A stretch of DNA of 64,000 nt from Escherichia coli (GCF_030013595.1 NZ_CP122768.1); one strand, 5' to 3'; shown: positions 13,861-27,144, counted from the first letter of the stretch. Numbers and translations are program-made. Notes: generated by a model from the sequence alone, not told the origin.

Positions 13861-14652
13861 ATGGGTAAACTCACGGGCAAGACAGCACTGATTACGGGCG
13901 CATTGCAGGGAATTGGCGAAGGAATTGCCAGAACTTTTGCGCGTCATGGCGCAAACCTAATCTTGCTGGATATCTCCCCTGAGATCGAAAAGCTGGCGGA
14001 CGAACTGTGTGGTCGTGGTCATCGCTGTACGGCGGTTGTCGCCGATGTGCGTGACCCGGCGTCGGTCGCCGCAGCTATCAAGCGCGCGAAGGAAAAAGAA
14101 GGGCGCATTGATATCCTGGTGAATAACGCAGGCGTTTGTCGTCTGGGCAGTTTCCTCGATATGAGCGATGAAGATCGCGATTTCCATATTGATATCAATA
14201 TTAAAGGCGTATGGAACGTCACGAAGGCGGTGCTGCCGGAGATGATTGCCCGCAAAGATGGTCGCATTGTGATGATGTCTTCAGTCACTGGCGATATGGT
14301 GGCCGATCCGGGTGAAACGGCGTATGCCTTAACGAAAGCGGCGATTGTTGGCCTGACTAAATCGCTGGCGGTGGAGTACGCGCAGTCTGGTATTCGCGTT
14401 AACGCCATCTGCCCGGGATACGTACGCACGCCAATGGCGGAAAGCATTGCCCGCCAGTCGAACCCGGAAGATCCAGAATCGGTGCTGACTGAAATGGCAA
14501 AAGCAATCCCGATGCGTCGCCTCGCCGATCCGCTGGAAGTCGGCGAACTGGCAGCCTTCCTCGCATCGGATGAATCAAGTTATTTAACCGGTACACAGAA
14601 TGTGATTGATGGCGGCAGCACACTGCCGGAGACGGTTAGCGTCGGCATCTGA
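13861..14652 (+). CDS. ucpA: short-chain dehydrogenase/reductase UcpA
   Basis: 263 aa from ATG 13861; SDR cofactor motif TGALQGIG and catalytic YALTKAA. Confidence 0.9.
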   Translation: MGKLTGKTALITGALQGIGEGIARTFARHGANLILLDISPEIEKLADELCGRGHRCTAVVADVRDPASVAAAIKRAKEKEGRIDILVNNAGVCRLGSFLDMSDEDRDFHIDINIKGVWNVTKAVLPEMIARKDGRIVMMSSVTGDMVADPGETAYALTKAAIVGLTKSLAVEYAQSGIRVNAICPGYVRTPMAESIARQSNPEDPESVLTEMAKAIPMRRLADPLEVGELAAFLASDESSYLTGTQNVIDGGSTLPETVSVGI

Positions 14653-14822
14653 TTCACCTCTGTTTCCTCCCTGCATTTGTGGGGAGGATTTCGTCTTGAA
14701 CCCGGTTCTTATTCCCTTTTCAACTTCCAAATCACCAAACGGTATATAAAACCGTTACTCCTTTCACGTCCGTTATAAATATGATGGCTATTAGAAAGTC
14801 ATTAAATTTATAAGGGTGCGCA

Positions 14823-15839
14823 ATGGCCGTTAACTTACTGAAAAAGAACTCACTCGCGCTGGTCGCTTCTCTGCTGCTGGCGGGCCATGTACAGGCAACG
14901 GAACTGCTGAACAGTTCTTATGACGTCTCCCGCGAGCTGTTTGCCGCCCTGAATCCGCCGTTTGAGCAACAATGGGCAAAAGATAACGGCGGCGACAAAC
15001 TGACGATAAAACAATCTCATGCAGGGTCATCAAAACAGGCGCTGGCGATTTTGCAGGGCTTAAAAGCAGACGTTGTCACTTATAACCAGGTGACCGACGT
15101 ACAAATCCTGCACGATAAAGGCAAGCTGATCCCGGCCGACTGGCAGTCGCGCCTGCCGAATAATAGCTCGCCGTTCTACTCCACCATGGGCTTCCTGGTG
15201 CGTAAGGGCAACCCGAAGAATATCCACGACTGGAACGACCTCGTGCGCTCCGACGTGAAGCTGATTTTCCCGAACCCAAAAACCTCCGGTAACGCGCGTT
15301 ATACCTATCTGGCGGCATGGGGCGCAGCGGATAAAGCTGACGGTGGCGACAAAGCCAAAACCGAACAGTTTATGACCCAGTTCCTGAAAAACGTTGAAGT
15401 GTTCGATACTGGCGGTCGTGGCGCGACCACCACTTTTGCCGAGCGCGGCCTGGGCGATGTGCTGATCAGCTTCGAGTCGGAAGTGAACAACATCCGCAAA
15501 CAGTATGAAGCGCAGGGCTTTGAAGTGGTGATTCCGAAAACCAACATTCTGGCGGAATTCCCGGTGGCGTGGGTCGATAAAAACGTGCAGGCCAACGGTA
15601 CGGAAAAAGCAGCAAAAGCCTACCTGAACTGGCTCTACAGCCCGCAGGCGCAGACCATCATCACCGACTATTACTACCGCGTAAATAACCCGGAAGTCAT
15701 GGACAAACTGAAAAACAAATTCCCGCAGACCGAACTGTTCCGCGTGGAAGACAAATTTGGCTCCTGGCCGGAAGTGATGAAAACCCACTTCACCAGCGGC
15801 GGCGAGTTAGACAAGCTGTTAGCGGCGGGGCGTAATTAA
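14823..15839 (+). CDS. cysP: periplasmic thiosulfate-binding protein
   Basis: 338-aa ORF with signal peptide; first gene of cysPUWAM. Confidence 0.93.
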   Translation: MAVNLLKKNSLALVASLLLAGHVQATELLNSSYDVSRELFAALNPPFEQQWAKDNGGDKLTIKQSHAGSSKQALAILQGLKADVVTYNQVTDVQILHDKGKLIPADWQSRLPNNSSPFYSTMGFLVRKGNPKNIHDWNDLVRSDVKLIFPNPKTSGNARYTYLAAWGAADKADGGDKAKTEQFMTQFLKNVEVFDTGGRGATTTFAERGLGDVLISFESEVNNIRKQYEAQGFEVVIPKTNILAEFPVAWVDKNVQANGTEKAAKAYLNWLYSPQAQTIITDYYYRVNNPEVMDKLKNKFPQTELFRVEDKFGSWPEVMKTHFTSGGELDKLLAAGRN

Positions 15840-16672
15840 TGTTTGCAGTTTCATCAAGACGCGTGCTGCCGGGCTTTACCTTAAGCCTCAGCACCAGTCT
15901 GCTGTTTGTGTGCCTGATTTTGCTGCTGCCGCTCTCCGCGCTGGTGATGCAGCTGGCTCAGATGAGCTGGGCGCAGTACTGGGAGGTGATCACCAACCCG
16001 CAGGTGGTCGCGGCCTACAAAGTGACGCTGCTGTCGGCGTTTGTGGCATCAATTTTTAACGGCGTTTTCGGCCTGCTGATGGCGTGGATTTTAACCCGTT
16101 ATCGCTTTCCGGGCCGCACGCTGCTTGATGCGCTGATGGATTTACCCTTTGCGCTGCCAACGGCAGTCGCCGGTTTAACGCTGGCCTCGCTCTTTTCTGT
16201 AAACGGTTTTTACGGTGAATGGCTGGCGAAGTTTGATATCAAAGTTACCTATACCTGGCTGGGGATTGCGGTGGCGATGGCCTTTACCAGTATTCCATTT
16301 GTGGTGCGTACCGTGCAGCCGGTGCTGGAAGAGTTAGGCCCGGAATATGAAGAAGCGGCAGAAACGCTCGGCGCAACGCGCTGGCAGAGTTTCTGCAAAG
16401 TGGTGCTGCCGGAGCTTTCTCCGGCGCTGGTGGCGGGCGTGGCGCTGTCGTTTACCCGCAGCCTCGGTGAGTTTGGCGCGGTAATTTTTATCGCCGGGAA
16501 CATTGCCTGGAAGACGGAAGTGACGTCGCTGATGATTTTTGTTCGCTTACAGGAGTTTGATTACCCGGCGGCGAGCGCGATTGCTTCGGTGATCCTCGCG
16601 GCATCCCTGCTGCTGCTGTTCTCAATTAACACTCTGCAAAGTCGCTTTGGTCGGCGTGTGGTAGGTCATTAA
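15839..16672 (+). CDS. cysU: sulfate/thiosulfate ABC transporter permease
   Basis: 277-aa polytopic ORF; start ATG overlaps cysP stop by 1 nt (TAATG). Confidence 0.93.
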   Translation: MFAVSSRRVLPGFTLSLSTSLLFVCLILLLPLSALVMQLAQMSWAQYWEVITNPQVVAAYKVTLLSAFVASIFNGVFGLLMAWILTRYRFPGRTLLDALMDLPFALPTAVAGLTLASLFSVNGFYGEWLAKFDIKVTYTWLGIAVAMAFTSIPFVVRTVQPVLEELGPEYEEAAETLGATRWQSFCKVVLPELSPALVAGVALSFTRSLGEFGAVIFIAGNIAWKTEVTSLMIFVRLQEFDYPAASAIASVILAASLLLLFSINTLQSRFGRRVVGH

Positions 16673-17547
16673 TGGCGGAAGTGACACAGTTGAAGCGTTA
16701 TGACGCGCGCCCGATTAACTGGGGCAAATGGTTTCTGATTGGCATCGGGATGCTGGTTTCGGCGTTCATCCTGCTGGTGCCGATGATTTACATCTTCGTG
16801 CAGGCGTTCAGCAAAGGGCTGATGCCGGTTTTACAGAATCTGGCCGATCCGGACATGCTGCACGCCATCTGGCTGACGGTGATGATTGCGCTGATTGCCG
16901 TGCCGGTGAACCTGGTGTTCGGCATTCTGCTGGCCTGGCTGGTGACGCGCTTTAACTTCCCCGGACGCCAGTTGCTGCTGACGCTGCTGGATATTCCGTT
17001 TGCCGTATCGCCGGTGGTTGCCGGTCTGGTGTATCTGCTGTTTTACGGCTCTAACGGCCCGCTCGGTGGCTGGCTGGATGAACATAATCTGCAAATTATG
17101 TTCTCCTGGCCGGGAATGGTGCTGGTCACCATCTTCGTGACGTGTCCGTTTGTGGTGCGTGAGCTGGTGCCGGTGATGTTAAGCCAGGGCAGCCAGGAAG
17201 ACGAAGCGGCAATTTTGCTTGGCGCGTCTGGCTGGCAGATGTTTCGCCGCGTCACGCTGCCGAACATCCGCTGGGCGCTGCTTTATGGCGTGGTGCTGAC
17301 CAACGCCCGCGCGATTGGCGAGTTTGGTGCGGTGTCGGTGGTTTCCGGCTCGATTCGCGGCGAAACACTTTCGCTGCCGTTACAGATTGAATTGCTGGAG
17401 CAGGACTACAACACCGTCGGCTCCTTTACCGCTGCCGCGTTGTTGACGCTGATGGCGATTATCACCCTGTTTTTAAAGAGTATGTTGCAGTGGCGTCTGG
17501 AGAATCAGGAAAAACGCGCGCAGCAGGAGGAACATCATGAGCATTGA
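16672..17547 (+). CDS. cysW: sulfate/thiosulfate ABC transporter permease
   Basis: 291-aa polytopic ORF; start overlaps cysU stop by 1 nt. Confidence 0.93.
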   Translation: MAEVTQLKRYDARPINWGKWFLIGIGMLVSAFILLVPMIYIFVQAFSKGLMPVLQNLADPDMLHAIWLTVMIALIAVPVNLVFGILLAWLVTRFNFPGRQLLLTLLDIPFAVSPVVAGLVYLLFYGSNGPLGGWLDEHNLQIMFSWPGMVLVTIFVTCPFVVRELVPVMLSQGSQEDEAAILLGASGWQMFRRVTLPNIRWALLYGVVLTNARAIGEFGAVSVVSGSIRGETLSLPLQIELLEQDYNTVGSFTAAALLTLMAIITLFLKSMLQWRLENQEKRAQQEEHHEH

Positions 17548-18634
17548 GATTGCCAATATTAAGAAGTCTTTTGGTCGCACCCAGGTGCTGAACGATATCT
17601 CACTGGATATTCCTTCTGGTCAGATGGTCGCATTGCTGGGGCCGTCTGGTTCCGGGAAAACCACGCTGCTGCGGATTATCGCCGGGCTGGAGCATCAAAC
17701 CAGCGGGCATATTCGCTTCCACGGCACCGACGTCAGCCGCCTGCATGCGCGCGATCGTAAAGTTGGTTTCGTGTTCCAGCACTATGCGCTGTTCCGCCAT
17801 ATGACGGTGTTCGACAATATCGCTTTCGGCCTGACGGTGCTGCCGCGTCGCGAGCGCCCGAATGCCGCAGCCATCAAAGCGAAAGTGACAAACTTGCTGG
17901 AGATGGTGCAGCTTGCGCATCTGGCGGATCGTTATCCGGCACAGCTTTCCGGCGGGCAGAAACAGCGCGTGGCGCTGGCGCGTGCGCTGGCTGTAGAACC
18001 GCAAATTCTGCTGCTTGATGAACCGTTTGGCGCGCTGGATGCGCAGGTGCGTAAAGAGCTGCGTCGCTGGTTGCGTCAACTGCATGAAGAACTGAAATTT
18101 ACCAGCGTATTCGTGACCCATGACCAGGAAGAAGCGACCGAAGTAGCCGATCGTGTAGTGGTGATGAGCCAGGGCAATATCGAGCAGGCTGATGCGCCGG
18201 ATCAGGTATGGCGCGAACCAGCGACCCGCTTTGTGCTCGAATTTATGGGCGAAGTGAACCGCCTGCAGGGAACCATTCGCGGCGGGCAGTTCCATGTTGG
18301 CGCACATCGCTGGCCGCTGGGCTATACACCTGCGTATCAGGGGCCGGTGGATCTCTTCCTTCGTCCGTGGGAAGTGGATATCAGCCGCCGTACCAGCCTC
18401 GATTCGCCGCTGCCGGTACAGGTACTGGAAGCCAGCCCGAAAGGCCACTACACCCAATTAGTCGTGCAGCCGCTGGGGTGGTACAACGAAGCGCTGACGG
18501 TCGTGATGCACGGCGACGACGCCCCGCAACGTGGCGAGCGTTTATTCGTTGGTCTGCAACATGCGCGGCTGTATAACGGCGACGAGCGTATTGAAACCCG
18601 CGATGAGGAACTTGCTCTCGCACAAAGCGCCTGA
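17537..18634 (+). CDS. cysA: sulfate/thiosulfate ABC transporter ATP-binding protein
   Basis: 365-aa ORF; Walker [13 protein letters not shown] signature [15 protein letters not shown]; overlaps cysW by 11 nt. Confidence 0.95.
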   Translation: MSIEIANIKKSFGRTQVLNDISLDIPSGQMVALLGPSGSGKTTLLRIIAGLEHQTSGHIRFHGTDVSRLHARDRKVGFVFQHYALFRHMTVFDNIAFGLTVLPRRERPNAAAIKAKVTNLLEMVQLAHLADRYPAQLSGGQKQRVALARALAVEPQILLLDEPFGALDAQVRKELRRWLRQLHEELKFTSVFVTHDQEEATEVADRVVVMSQGNIEQADAPDQVWREPATRFVLEFMGEVNRLQGTIRGGQFHVGAHRWPLGYTPAYQGPVDLFLRPWEVDISRRTSLDSPLPVQVLEASPKGHYTQLVVQPLGWYNEALTVVMHGDDAPQRGERLFVGLQHARLYNGDERIETRDEELALAQSA

Positions 18635-18700
18635 TAGGTTGAGTGAATGTTAAACGCCCGGAGGCGCTTCCCGCGATCCGGGCTTTTTAATGGCAAGGTT

Positions 18701-18750
18701 TGTAACCTGTAGGCCTGATAAGACGCGCAAGCGTCGCATCAGGCAACACC
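18701..18750. repeat. REP (repetitive extragenic palindromic) element
   Basis: GCCTGATAAGACGCG...CGTCGCATCAGGC imperfect palindrome between cysA and cysM. Confidence 0.8.
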
Positions 18751-18767
18751 ACGTATGGACAGAGATC

Positions 18768-19679
18768 GTGAGTACATTAGAACAAACAATTGGCAATACG
18801 CCTCTGGTGAAGTTGCAGCGAATGGGGCCGGATAACGGCAGTGAAGTGTGGTTAAAACTGGAAGGCAATAACCCGGCAGGTTCGGTGAAAGATCGTGCGG
18901 CGCTTTCGATGATCGTCGAGGCGGAAAAGCGCGGGGAAATTAAACCGGGTGACGTGCTGATCGAAGCCACCAGTGGTAACACCGGCATTGCGCTGGCAAT
19001 GATTGCCGCGCTTAAAGGCTATCGCATGAAATTGCTGATGCCCGACAACATGAGCCAGGAACGTCGTGCGGCGATGCTGGCATACGGTGCGGAACTGATT
19101 CTTGTCACCAAAGAGCAGGGCATGGAAGGTGCGCGCGATCTGGCGCTGGAGATGGCGAATCGTGGTGAAGGAAAGCTGCTCGATCAGTTCAATAATCCCG
19201 ATAACCCTTACGCCCATTACACCACTACCGGGCCGGAAATCTGGCAGCAAACTGGCGGGCGCATTACCCATTTTGTCTCCAGCATGGGAACAACCGGCAC
19301 CATCACCGGCGTGTCACGCTTTATGCGCGAACAATCCAAACCGGTGACCATTGTCGGCCTGCAACCGGAAGAGGGCAGCAGCATTCCCGGCATTCGCCGC
19401 TGGCCTGCGGAATATCTGCCGGGGATTTTCAACGCTTCGCTGGTGGATGAGGTGCTGGATATTCATCAGCGCGATGCAGAAAACACCATGCGCGAACTGG
19501 CAGTGCGGGAAGGAATATTCTGTGGCGTCAGCTCCGGCGGCGCGGTTGCCGGAGCACTGCGCGTGGCAAAAGCTAACCCCGGCGCGGTGGTTGTGGCGAT
19601 CATCTGCGATCGCGGCGATCGCTACCTCTCCACCGGCGTGTTTGGGGAAGAACACTTTAGCCAGGGGGCGGGGATTTAA
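18768..19679 (+). CDS. cysM: cysteine synthase B (O-acetylserine sulfhydrylase B)
   Basis: 303 aa from GTG 18768 (MSTLEQTIGNTPLV...); PLP-lysine motif GSVKDRAA. Confidence 0.92.
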   Translation: MSTLEQTIGNTPLVKLQRMGPDNGSEVWLKLEGNNPAGSVKDRAALSMIVEAEKRGEIKPGDVLIEATSGNTGIALAMIAALKGYRMKLLMPDNMSQERRAAMLAYGAELILVTKEQGMEGARDLALEMANRGEGKLLDQFNNPDNPYAHYTTTGPEIWQQTGGRITHFVSSMGTTGTITGVSRFMREQSKPVTIVGLQPEEGSSIPGIRRWPAEYLPGIFNASLVDEVLDIHQRDAENTMRELAVREGIFCGVSSGGAVAGALRVAKANPGAVVVAIICDRGDRYLSTGVFGEEHFSQGAGI

Positions 19680-19681
19680 GA

Positions 19682-20141
<460 letters not shown>

Positions 20142-20154
20142 GAGAAAAAATTAA

Positions 20155-21006
20155 ATGAGTAGTTTGTTGTTGTTTAACGATAAGAGCAGGGCGCTGCAGG
20201 CGGATATCGTCGCCGTGCAGTCGCAGGTGGTTTACGGCAGCGTGGGCAACAGCATTGCCGTGCCTGCTATCAAACAGAACGGCCTGAATGTCTTTGCCGT
20301 GCCGACGGTATTGCTGAGCAATACGCCGCATTATGACACTTTCTACGGTGGTGCGATTCCGGACGAATGGTTTAGCGGCTATTTGCGTGCGCTTCAGGAG
20401 CGTGATGCGCTGCGCCAACTTCGTGCTGTAACCACGGGCTATATGGGAACGGCATCGCAAATCAAAATCCTTGCCGAGTGGCTGACTGCGCTACGCAAAG
20501 ACCATCCTGACCTATTGATCATGGTCGATCCGGTGATTGGCGATATTGACAGCGGAATTTATGTCAAACCTGACCTTCCCGAGGCGTATCGACAATATTT
20601 ACTGCCGCTGGCGCAGGGAATTACCCCCAATATCTTTGAGCTGGAAATCCTGACCGGTAAAAATTGCCGCGATCTCGACAGTGCCATTGCTGCCGCAAAA
20701 AGTCTGCTTTCAGACACATTAAAATGGGTGGTGATTACCAGCGCCTCCGGTAATGAAGAAAATCAGGAGATGCAGGTGGTGGTGGTGAGTGCCGACAGCG
20801 TGAATGTCATTTCCCATTCACGGGTAAAAACCGACCTGAAAGGGACTGGCGACCTGTTTTGTGCTCAGCTTATCAGTGGTTTGCTGAAAGGGAAGGCGTT
20901 AAACGATGCGGTGCACCGTGCGGGGTTGCGCGTACTGGAAGTGATGCGCTACACCCAGCAGCATGAGAGCGATGAATTGATTTTGCCGCCGTTGGCGGAA
21001 GCATAA
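20155..21006 (+). CDS. pdxK: pyridoxal/pyridoxine/pyridoxamine kinase
   Basis: 283-aa ORF ([33 protein letters not shown]...); ribokinase-like PdxK family. Confidence 0.92.
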   Translation: MSSLLLFNDKSRALQADIVAVQSQVVYGSVGNSIAVPAIKQNGLNVFAVPTVLLSNTPHYDTFYGGAIPDEWFSGYLRALQERDALRQLRAVTTGYMGTASQIKILAEWLTALRKDHPDLLIMVDPVIGDIDSGIYVKPDLPEAYRQYLLPLAQGITPNIFELEILTGKNCRDLDSAIAAAKSLLSDTLKWVVITSASGNEENQEMQVVVVSADSVNVISHSRVKTDLKGTGDLFCAQLISGLLKGKALNDAVHRAGLRVLEVMRYTQQHESDELILPPLAEA

Positions 21007-21036
21007 AAAATGGCGCCGATGGGCGCCATTTTTCAC
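21005..21036. terminator. bidirectional intrinsic terminator between convergent pdxK and crr
   Basis: AAAAAATGGCGCCGATGGGCGCCATTTTT palindrome with flanking A and T runs. Confidence 0.65.
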
Positions 21037-21047
21037 TGCGGCAAGAA

Positions 21048-21557
21048 TTACTTCTTGATGCGGATAACCGGGGTTTCACCCACGGTTACGCTACCGGACA
21101 GTTTGATCAGTTCTTTGATTTCGTCCATGTTGGAGATAACAACCGGAGTCAGGGTAGACTTGGCTTTCTCTTCCAGCAGCGGCAGATCAAATTCAATGAC
21201 AGTATCGCCAACTTTCACGCGCTGACCTTCTTCAGCAATACGCTTGAAGCCTTCGCCTTTCAGTTCAACGGTGTCGATACCGAAGTGGACGAACAGTTCA
21301 ACGCCGCTATCAGATTCGATAGAGAACGCGTGGTTGGTTTCAAAGATTTTACCAATGGTGCCGTCTACAGGCGCGACCATTTTGTTTCCAGTTGGTTTGA
21401 TAGCAATGCCATCACCAACGATTTTTTCCGCAAAAACGACATCCGGCACGTCTTCGATATTGACGATCTCGCCAGAGAGCGGAGCAATGATCTCAATAGT
21501 TCCGGTATCCTTCTTGTCGTCGGAAACCAGAGATTTCAGTTTATCGAACAAACCCAT
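21048..21557 (-). CDS. crr: PTS glucose-specific EIIA component
   Basis: 169-aa ORF beginning [16 protein letters not shown]; downstream of ptsI. Confidence 0.95.
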
Positions 21558-21597
21558 GATCTTCTCCTAAGCAGTAAATTGGGCCGCATCTCGTGGA

Positions 21598-23325
21598 TTA
21601 GCAGATTGTTTTTTCTTCAATGAACTTGTTAACCAGCGTCATTAACTCGTCCGTTGTCGGTTGAGCAAGAGCCTGCTCTGCTAACACCTTCGCATCTTCG
21701 AAGTTCGTGTTACGGATAATCTTCTTAATGCGCGGGATAGAAATGGCGCTCATAGAGAATTCGTCCAGACCCATCCCCAGCAACAGAAGTGTAGCACGTT
21801 CGTCGCCTGCAAGCTCACCACACATGCCAGTCCATTTGCCTTCAGCATGAGAAGCATCAATAACTTGCTTGATCAAGTTCAGCACGGACGGTGACATTGG
21901 CTGGTAAAGGTGTGAAATCATATCATTACCACGGTCAACTGCCAGAGTGTACTGCGTTAAATCATTGGTGCCGATACTAAAGAAATCAACTTCTTTGGCT
22001 AAATGACGTGCAATTGTTGCGGCAGCCGGTGTTTCCACCATTACGCCGATTTCAATTGACTCGTCAAACGCTTTACCTTCGTCGCGCAGTTCCTGTTTGT
22101 AGATTTCGATCTCTTTGCGCAGTGCACGTACTTCTTCAACAGAGATGATCATCGGGAACATAATGCGCAATTTACCGAAAGCCGAGGCACGCAGGATAGC
22201 GCGGAGCTGATCGCGCAGGATCTCTTTACGATCCATCGCGATACGGATAGCGCGCCAGCCGAGGAACGGGTTCTCTTCTTTCGGGAAGTTCATGTATGGC
22301 AGCTCTTTGTCGCCGCCGATGTCCATGGTACGAACGATAACCGCCTGCGAGCCACACGCTTCAGCCACTGCTTTGTAAGCAGCAAACTGTTCTTCTTCAG
22401 TGGGCAGCGCGTCGCGGTCCATGAACAGAAACTCAGTACGATACAGACCAACGCCTTCAGCGCCGTTACGCTCTGCACCTTCAACGTCACGAACCGTACC
22501 AATGTTAGCGCACACTTCTACCTGGTGACCGTCCAGCGTAATAGCTGGCAGATCTTTCAGTTTAGCAAGCTCTGCTTTTTCAGAAGCCACTTGCTCCTGA
22601 ACAGCGCGCATTTTATCAATAACTTCGTTGGTTGGATTGACGTAAACCTGATTATTTACGGCATCCAGAATCAGATAGTCGTCATTTTTCACCTGAGAGG
22701 TGACGCTACCGGTACCCACGATAGCAGGCAGTTCCAGAGAACGCGCCATGATAGAGGTGTGGGAAGTACGGCCACCCGCGTCGGTGATGAAACCCAGCAC
22801 CTTCTTCAGGTTCAGCTGTGCAGTTTCGGACGGCGTCAGGTCAGCGGCAACCAGAATGACTTCATCCTGAATGGCGCTCAGGTCGATAATCTTCAGGCCC
22901 AGGATGTTGCGCAGCAGGCGCTTACCGATATCACGTACGTCAGCCGCACGTTCTTTCAGGTATTCATCATCCAGCTCTTCCAGGGCAGAAGCCTGACCTT
23001 CGATAACTTCATGAGCAGCTGCGTCCGCTGTCATGTGCTTATCTTTAATCAGGGCTATGATTTCCTGCTCCAGCTCCTCATCTTCGAGCAGCATAATATG
23101 CCCTTCAAAGATGGCTTCTTTTTCTTCACCGAACGTTTCACCAGCTTTCGTTTTGATCGTTTCCAGCTGGGCTGATGCCTTGGCACGACCGCTCAGAAAA
23201 CGTTCAACTTCCTGATCAACCTGGTCGGCAGAAATTTTTTTCCGGTCAATGACAATTTCGTCTTCTTTCAGAAGCAGAGCTTTACCGAAAGCGATACCCG
23301 GGGATGCTAAAATGCCTGAAATCAT
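21598..23325 (-). CDS. ptsI: PTS enzyme I (phosphoenolpyruvate-protein phosphotransferase)
   Basis: 575-aa ORF; active-site His region [21 protein letters not shown]. Confidence 0.95.
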   Translation of the reverse strand: MISGILASPGIAFGKALLLKEDEIVIDRKKISADQVDQEVERFLSGRAKASAQLETIKTKAGETFGEEKEAIFEGHIMLLEDEELEQEIIALIKDKHMTADAAAHEVIEGQASALEELDDEYLKERAADVRDIGKRLLRNILGLKIIDLSAIQDEVILVAADLTPSETAQLNLKKVLGFITDAGGRTSHTSIMARSLELPAIVGTGSVTSQVKNDDYLILDAVNNQVYVNPTNEVIDKMRAVQEQVASEKAELAKLKDLPAITLDGHQVEVCANIGTVRDVEGAERNGAEGVGLYRTEFLFMDRDALPTEEEQFAAYKAVAEACGSQAVIVRTMDIGGDKELPYMNFPKEENPFLGWRAIRIAMDRKEILRDQLRAILRASAFGKLRIMFPMIISVEEVRALRKEIEIYKQELRDEGKAFDESIEIGVMVETPAAATIARHLAKEVDFFSIGTNDLTQYTLAVDRGNDMISHLYQPMSPSVLNLIKQVIDASHAEGKWTGMCGELAGDERATLLLLGMGLDEFSMSAISIPRIKKIIRNTNFEDAKVLAEQALAQPTTDELMTLVNKFIEEKTIC

Positions 23326-23369
23326 AACCCTACCTTACTTGTGACTGATTTTTAAAAGAACCCGGGAAA

Positions 23370-23627
23370 TTACTCGAGTTCCGCCATCAGTTTAACCAGA
23401 TGTTCAACCGCTTTCTGCTCGTCTTCGCCTTCTGCGGAGATAGTCACAACGGTACCTTGAGTCAGGCCCAGAGTCTGCAGTTTAAACAGGCTTTTCGCGC
23501 TGGCGCTTTTGCCGTTGGAAGTCACAGTAATTTCAGAAGTGAAGCCCTTAGCTTCTTTTACAAACTGGGCAGCAGGGCGGGTGTGCAGACCGTTCGGAGC
23601 GGTAATGGTAACTTCTTGCTGGAACAT
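23370..23627 (-). CDS. ptsH: phosphocarrier protein HPr
   Basis: 85-aa ORF; His15 motif [11 protein letters not shown]. Confidence 0.95.
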
Positions 23628-23959
23628 TGTATTTCCCCAACTTATAGGTTTAGTGTTGTGGAACTAAAGTCTAGCCTGGCGGTTCGACTTTAGCCTGTAT
23701 TGTTAGCGCCAGTTTTTAACAGACGCGACGCACGAAGAGCGCAATACAGTCCATTGCTGGCGGGTGTTGACCGCTGACGTTTCGTACGTCATTAAACATT
23801 ATGCCGCTAAAGGAAGAATTGAACCAAATCATAAAATCGATTCAGCTTTGGCTTTTCCTGTAACGATTAATTTCGCGCATCAAAATAATTAGTCTGGTTA
23901 AATACCAGTTCCGACAGGCTGAATCAATGCCAGGAGGAGCGAAAGTTTGAAGCAGGCCA

Positions 23960-23990
23960 CAAAAAAGCACCTGAAAAGGTGCTTTTTTAC
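23960..23990. terminator. intrinsic terminator downstream of cysK (bidirectional hairpin)
   Basis: AGCACCT-GAAA-AGGTGCT stem-loop flanked by A-run and T-run, 20 bp past the cysK stop. Confidence 0.6.
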
Positions 23991-24010
23991 GCATTTTTAA
24001 CAAGCTGGCA

Positions 24011-24982
24011 TTACTGTTGCAATTCTTTCTCAGTGAAGAGATCGGCAAACAATGCGGTGCTTAAATAACGCTCACCCGATGACGGTAGAATAACCACAAT
24101 ATTCTTGTTGGTAAAGCTTTCATCTTCTTGTAGTTTCAACGCCGCGGCAACAGCTGCTCCAGAAGAGATACCTGCAAGAATACCTTCTTCTTCCATCAGA
24201 CGACGGGCGGTAGAAATGGCTTCTTCATTGGTAATGCCAATGACTTTATCGACCAGCTTGAGATCGAGGTTAGCCGGGATAAAACCAGCGCCAATACCCT
24301 GAATTTTATGCGGGCCAGGTTTAATCTCTTCACCTGCCAGCGCCTGGGCGATAACTGGAGAATCGGTTGGCTCAACGGCGACAGAGATAAGATCGGTCTT
24401 GCCTTTGGTGCCTTTAATGTAGCGGCTGACGCCAGTCAGCGTACCGCCAGTCCCAACGCCAGCAATAAATACATCAACCTGACCGTCGGTATCTTCCCAG
24501 ATCTCCGGACCGGTGGTTTTTTCGTGAATTTCAGGGTTTGCCGGATTGCTGAATTGTTGCAGCAGCAGGTATTTCTCTGGATTGCTGGCGACAATTTCTT
24601 CTGCTTTTTGGATTGCGCCTTTCATGCCTTTAGCACCTTCGGTCAGCACCAGGTTTGCACCTAACGCTTTCAGCAGCTTGCGGCGTTCAATACTCATGGT
24701 TTCTGGCATGGTCAGGGTAAGTTTGTAACCGCGAGCGGCAGCGACATAGGCCAGTGCAATCCCGGTATTACCGCTGGTTGGTTCAACCAGTTCAACGCCT
24801 GGTTTCAGCACGCCGCGCTTTTCGGCATCCCAAATCATGTTAGCACCGATACGGCACTTAACGCTGAAGCTGGGGTTACGAGATTCCACCTTCGCCAGAA
24901 TGCGTCCGTTACCGATGCGATTCAGGCGAACCAGCGGCGTGTGACCGATAGTCAGCGAGTTATCTTCAAAAATCTTACTCAT
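24011..24982 (-). CDS. cysK: cysteine synthase A (O-acetylserine sulfhydrylase A)
   Basis: 323-aa ORF; PLP-lysine motif [10 protein letters not shown]. Confidence 0.95.
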   Translation of the reverse strand: MSKIFEDNSLTIGHTPLVRLNRIGNGRILAKVESRNPSFSVKCRIGANMIWDAEKRGVLKPGVELVEPTSGNTGIALAYVAAARGYKLTLTMPETMSIERRKLLKALGANLVLTEGAKGMKGAIQKAEEIVASNPEKYLLLQQFSNPANPEIHEKTTGPEIWEDTDGQVDVFIAGVGTGGTLTGVSRYIKGTKGKTDLISVAVEPTDSPVIAQALAGEEIKPGPHKIQGIGAGFIPANLDLKLVDKVIGITNEEAISTARRLMEEEGILAGISSGAAVAAALKLQEDESFTNKNIVVILPSSGERYLSTALFADLFTEKELQQ

Positions 24983-25166
24983 GGCCTGTCCTTAACTGTA
25001 TGAAATTGGGATACAACAGGTAGCATACCCGCTCAGAGAATATGCGGAAGTAAGGATTTAGCATATCTATATGCAGAAGGGAAATAATGACATGCAAGAT
25101 GGAATAAGGGGCGGCATAAGCCACCCCTGTTTCACACAAACGGTTTACAAAATAACCGGTAGATTG

Positions 25167-25928
25167 TTACCGCCACATCGCGTGTTTATCGCGATAGCAA
25201 TCGACCCACATCGCCGTCGCACCACAAACGGCAACGGGCATGATGAACAGATTAAGCAGAGGGATCATCGTAAACAGGCTGGTTAAAGCACCAAACTGCA
25301 TATTGGTGATTTTGCGTGTGCGCAGGGCGGTGCGCATCTCTTTAAACGGCACTTTGTGGTTATCGAAGGGGTAATCGCAATACTGGATGGCTAACATCCA
25401 GGCGCTAAACAGGAACCACAGTACCGGCGCGACGGTTTGCCCAATACCAGGGATGAAGTAAAGAATTAGCAATACAATTGCGCGCGGCAGATACCAGGCA
25501 AATTTTTGCCATTCGCGTTTCATGATTCGCGGCACATCTTTCATGATACCGAAAATCCCGGTATCTGGCGGTGTAGCGCCAGTCAATCGTGCTTCCAGTT
25601 GTTCAGCCAATAAACCATTGAACGGAGCGGCAATCCAGTTAGCAATCGTTGAGAAGAAATAGCCAAACACTAACAGCACAGAGATGACAGCCAGAGGCCA
25701 CAACAGATAGCTCAGCCATTGTAACCAGTCCGGAACATAACTCATGAGAGTCGGGATCCAGACATCGAGTTGCGTAAAGAGCCACCAGAATGCGCCCCCC
25801 ATCAACAAAATATTGACCAGCAGCGGTAAAATAACGAAACGCCGAATCCCAGGTTGCGAGACGAGCTTCCAGCCTTGCGCAAAATAGTAAAAACCGCTGC
25901 GTGGGGCAGATGTGAATGATGAAACCAT
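25167..25928 (-). CDS. cysZ: sulfate transporter CysZ
   Basis: 253-aa polytopic membrane ORF; position between cysK and zipA. Confidence 0.9.
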
Positions 25929-26157
25929 AATCAGGATGAGCTCCTTTTGACCAATCCCAGGAAAATTCTGCGTATTTTACCGGGTAATTGCGCAATGGAC
26001 AGTTAGGATATGTTCGAAAAAACAGCAAAAAGCACGATTTCATCTATCTTTGTGCTGTGAAAGTTAATAGTGCACTTGCACTTGAGGTAATCGGCAAATA
26101 CTCTTAGTGAGTAAATGTTTGCCGTGGTGGCAAGGTGTTAGAACAACAGAGAATATA

Positions 26158-27144
26158 ATGATGCAGGATTTGCGTCTGATATTAATCATTGTTGGCGCGA
26201 TCGCCATAATCGCTTTACTGGTACATGGTTTCTGGACCAGCCGTAAAGAACGATCTTCTATGTTCCGCGATCGGCCATTAAAACGAATGAAGTCAAAACG
26301 TGACGACGATTCTTATGACGAGGATGTCGAAGATGATGAGGGCGTTGGTGAGGTTCGTGTTCACCGCGTGAATCATGCCCCGGCTAACGCCCAGGAGCAT
26401 GAGGCTGCTCGTCCGTCGCCGCAACACCAGTACCAACCGCCTTATGCGTCTGCGCAGCCGCGTCAACCGGTCCAGCAGCCGCCTGAAGCGCAGGTATCGC
26501 CGCAACATGCTCCGCGTCCAGCGCAGCCGGTGCAGCAGCCTGCCTATCAGCCGCAGCCTGAACAGCCGTTGCAGCAGCCAGTTTCGCCACAAGTCGCGTC
26601 AGCGCCGCAGCCAGTGCATTCAGCACCGCAACAGGCACAACAGGCTTTCCAGCCTGCAGAACCCGTAGCGGCACCACAGCCTGAGCCTGTAGCGGAACCG
26701 GCTCCAGTTATGGATAAACCGAAGCGCAAAGAAGCGGTGATTATCATGAACGTCGCGGCGCATCACGGTAGCGAGCTAAACGGTGAACTGCTTCTTAACA
26801 GCATTCAACAAGCGGGCTTCATTTTTGGCGATATGAATATTTACCATCGTCATCTTAGCCCGGATGGCAGCGGCCCGGCGTTATTTAGCCTGGCGAATAT
26901 GGTGAAACCGGGAACCTTTGATCCTGAAATGAAGGATTTCACTACTCCGGGTGTCACTATCTTTATGCAGGTACCTTCTTACGGTGACGAGCTGCAGAAC
27001 TTCAAGCTGATGCTGCAATCTGCGCAGCATATTGCCGATGAAGTGGGTGGTGTAGTGCTTGACGATCAGCGCCGTATGATGACTCCGCAGAAATTGCGCG
27101 AGTACCAGGACATCATCCGCGAAGTCAAAGACGCCAACGCCTGA
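26158..27144 (+). CDS. zipA: cell division protein ZipA
   Basis: 328 aa from ATG 26158 ([27 protein letters not shown]-terminal TM); long P/Q-rich linker; C-terminal FtsZ-binding domain. Confidence 0.92.
   Translation: MMQDLRLILIIVGAIAIIALLVHGFWTSRKERSSMFRDRPLKRMKSKRDDDSYDEDVEDDEGVGEVRVHRVNHAPANAQEHEAARPSPQHQYQPPYASAQPRQPVQQPPEAQVSPQHAPRPAQPVQQPAYQPQPEQPLQQPVSPQVASAPQPVHSAPQQAQQAFQPAEPVAAPQPEPVAEPAPVMDKPKRKEAVIIMNVAAHHGSELNGELLLNSIQQAGFIFGDMNIYHRHLSPDGSGPALFSLANMVKPGTFDPEMKDFTTPGVTIFMQVPSYGDELQNFKLMLQSAQHIADEVGGVVLDDQRRMMTPQKLREYQDIIREVKDANA

Noticed and set aside
26293-26747. Cluster of overlapping ORFs in several frames inside zipA
   Set aside because: They coincide with the P/Q-rich repetitive linker of ZipA; the repeat keeps alternative frames open, so this is a low-complexity artefact and not nested genes.
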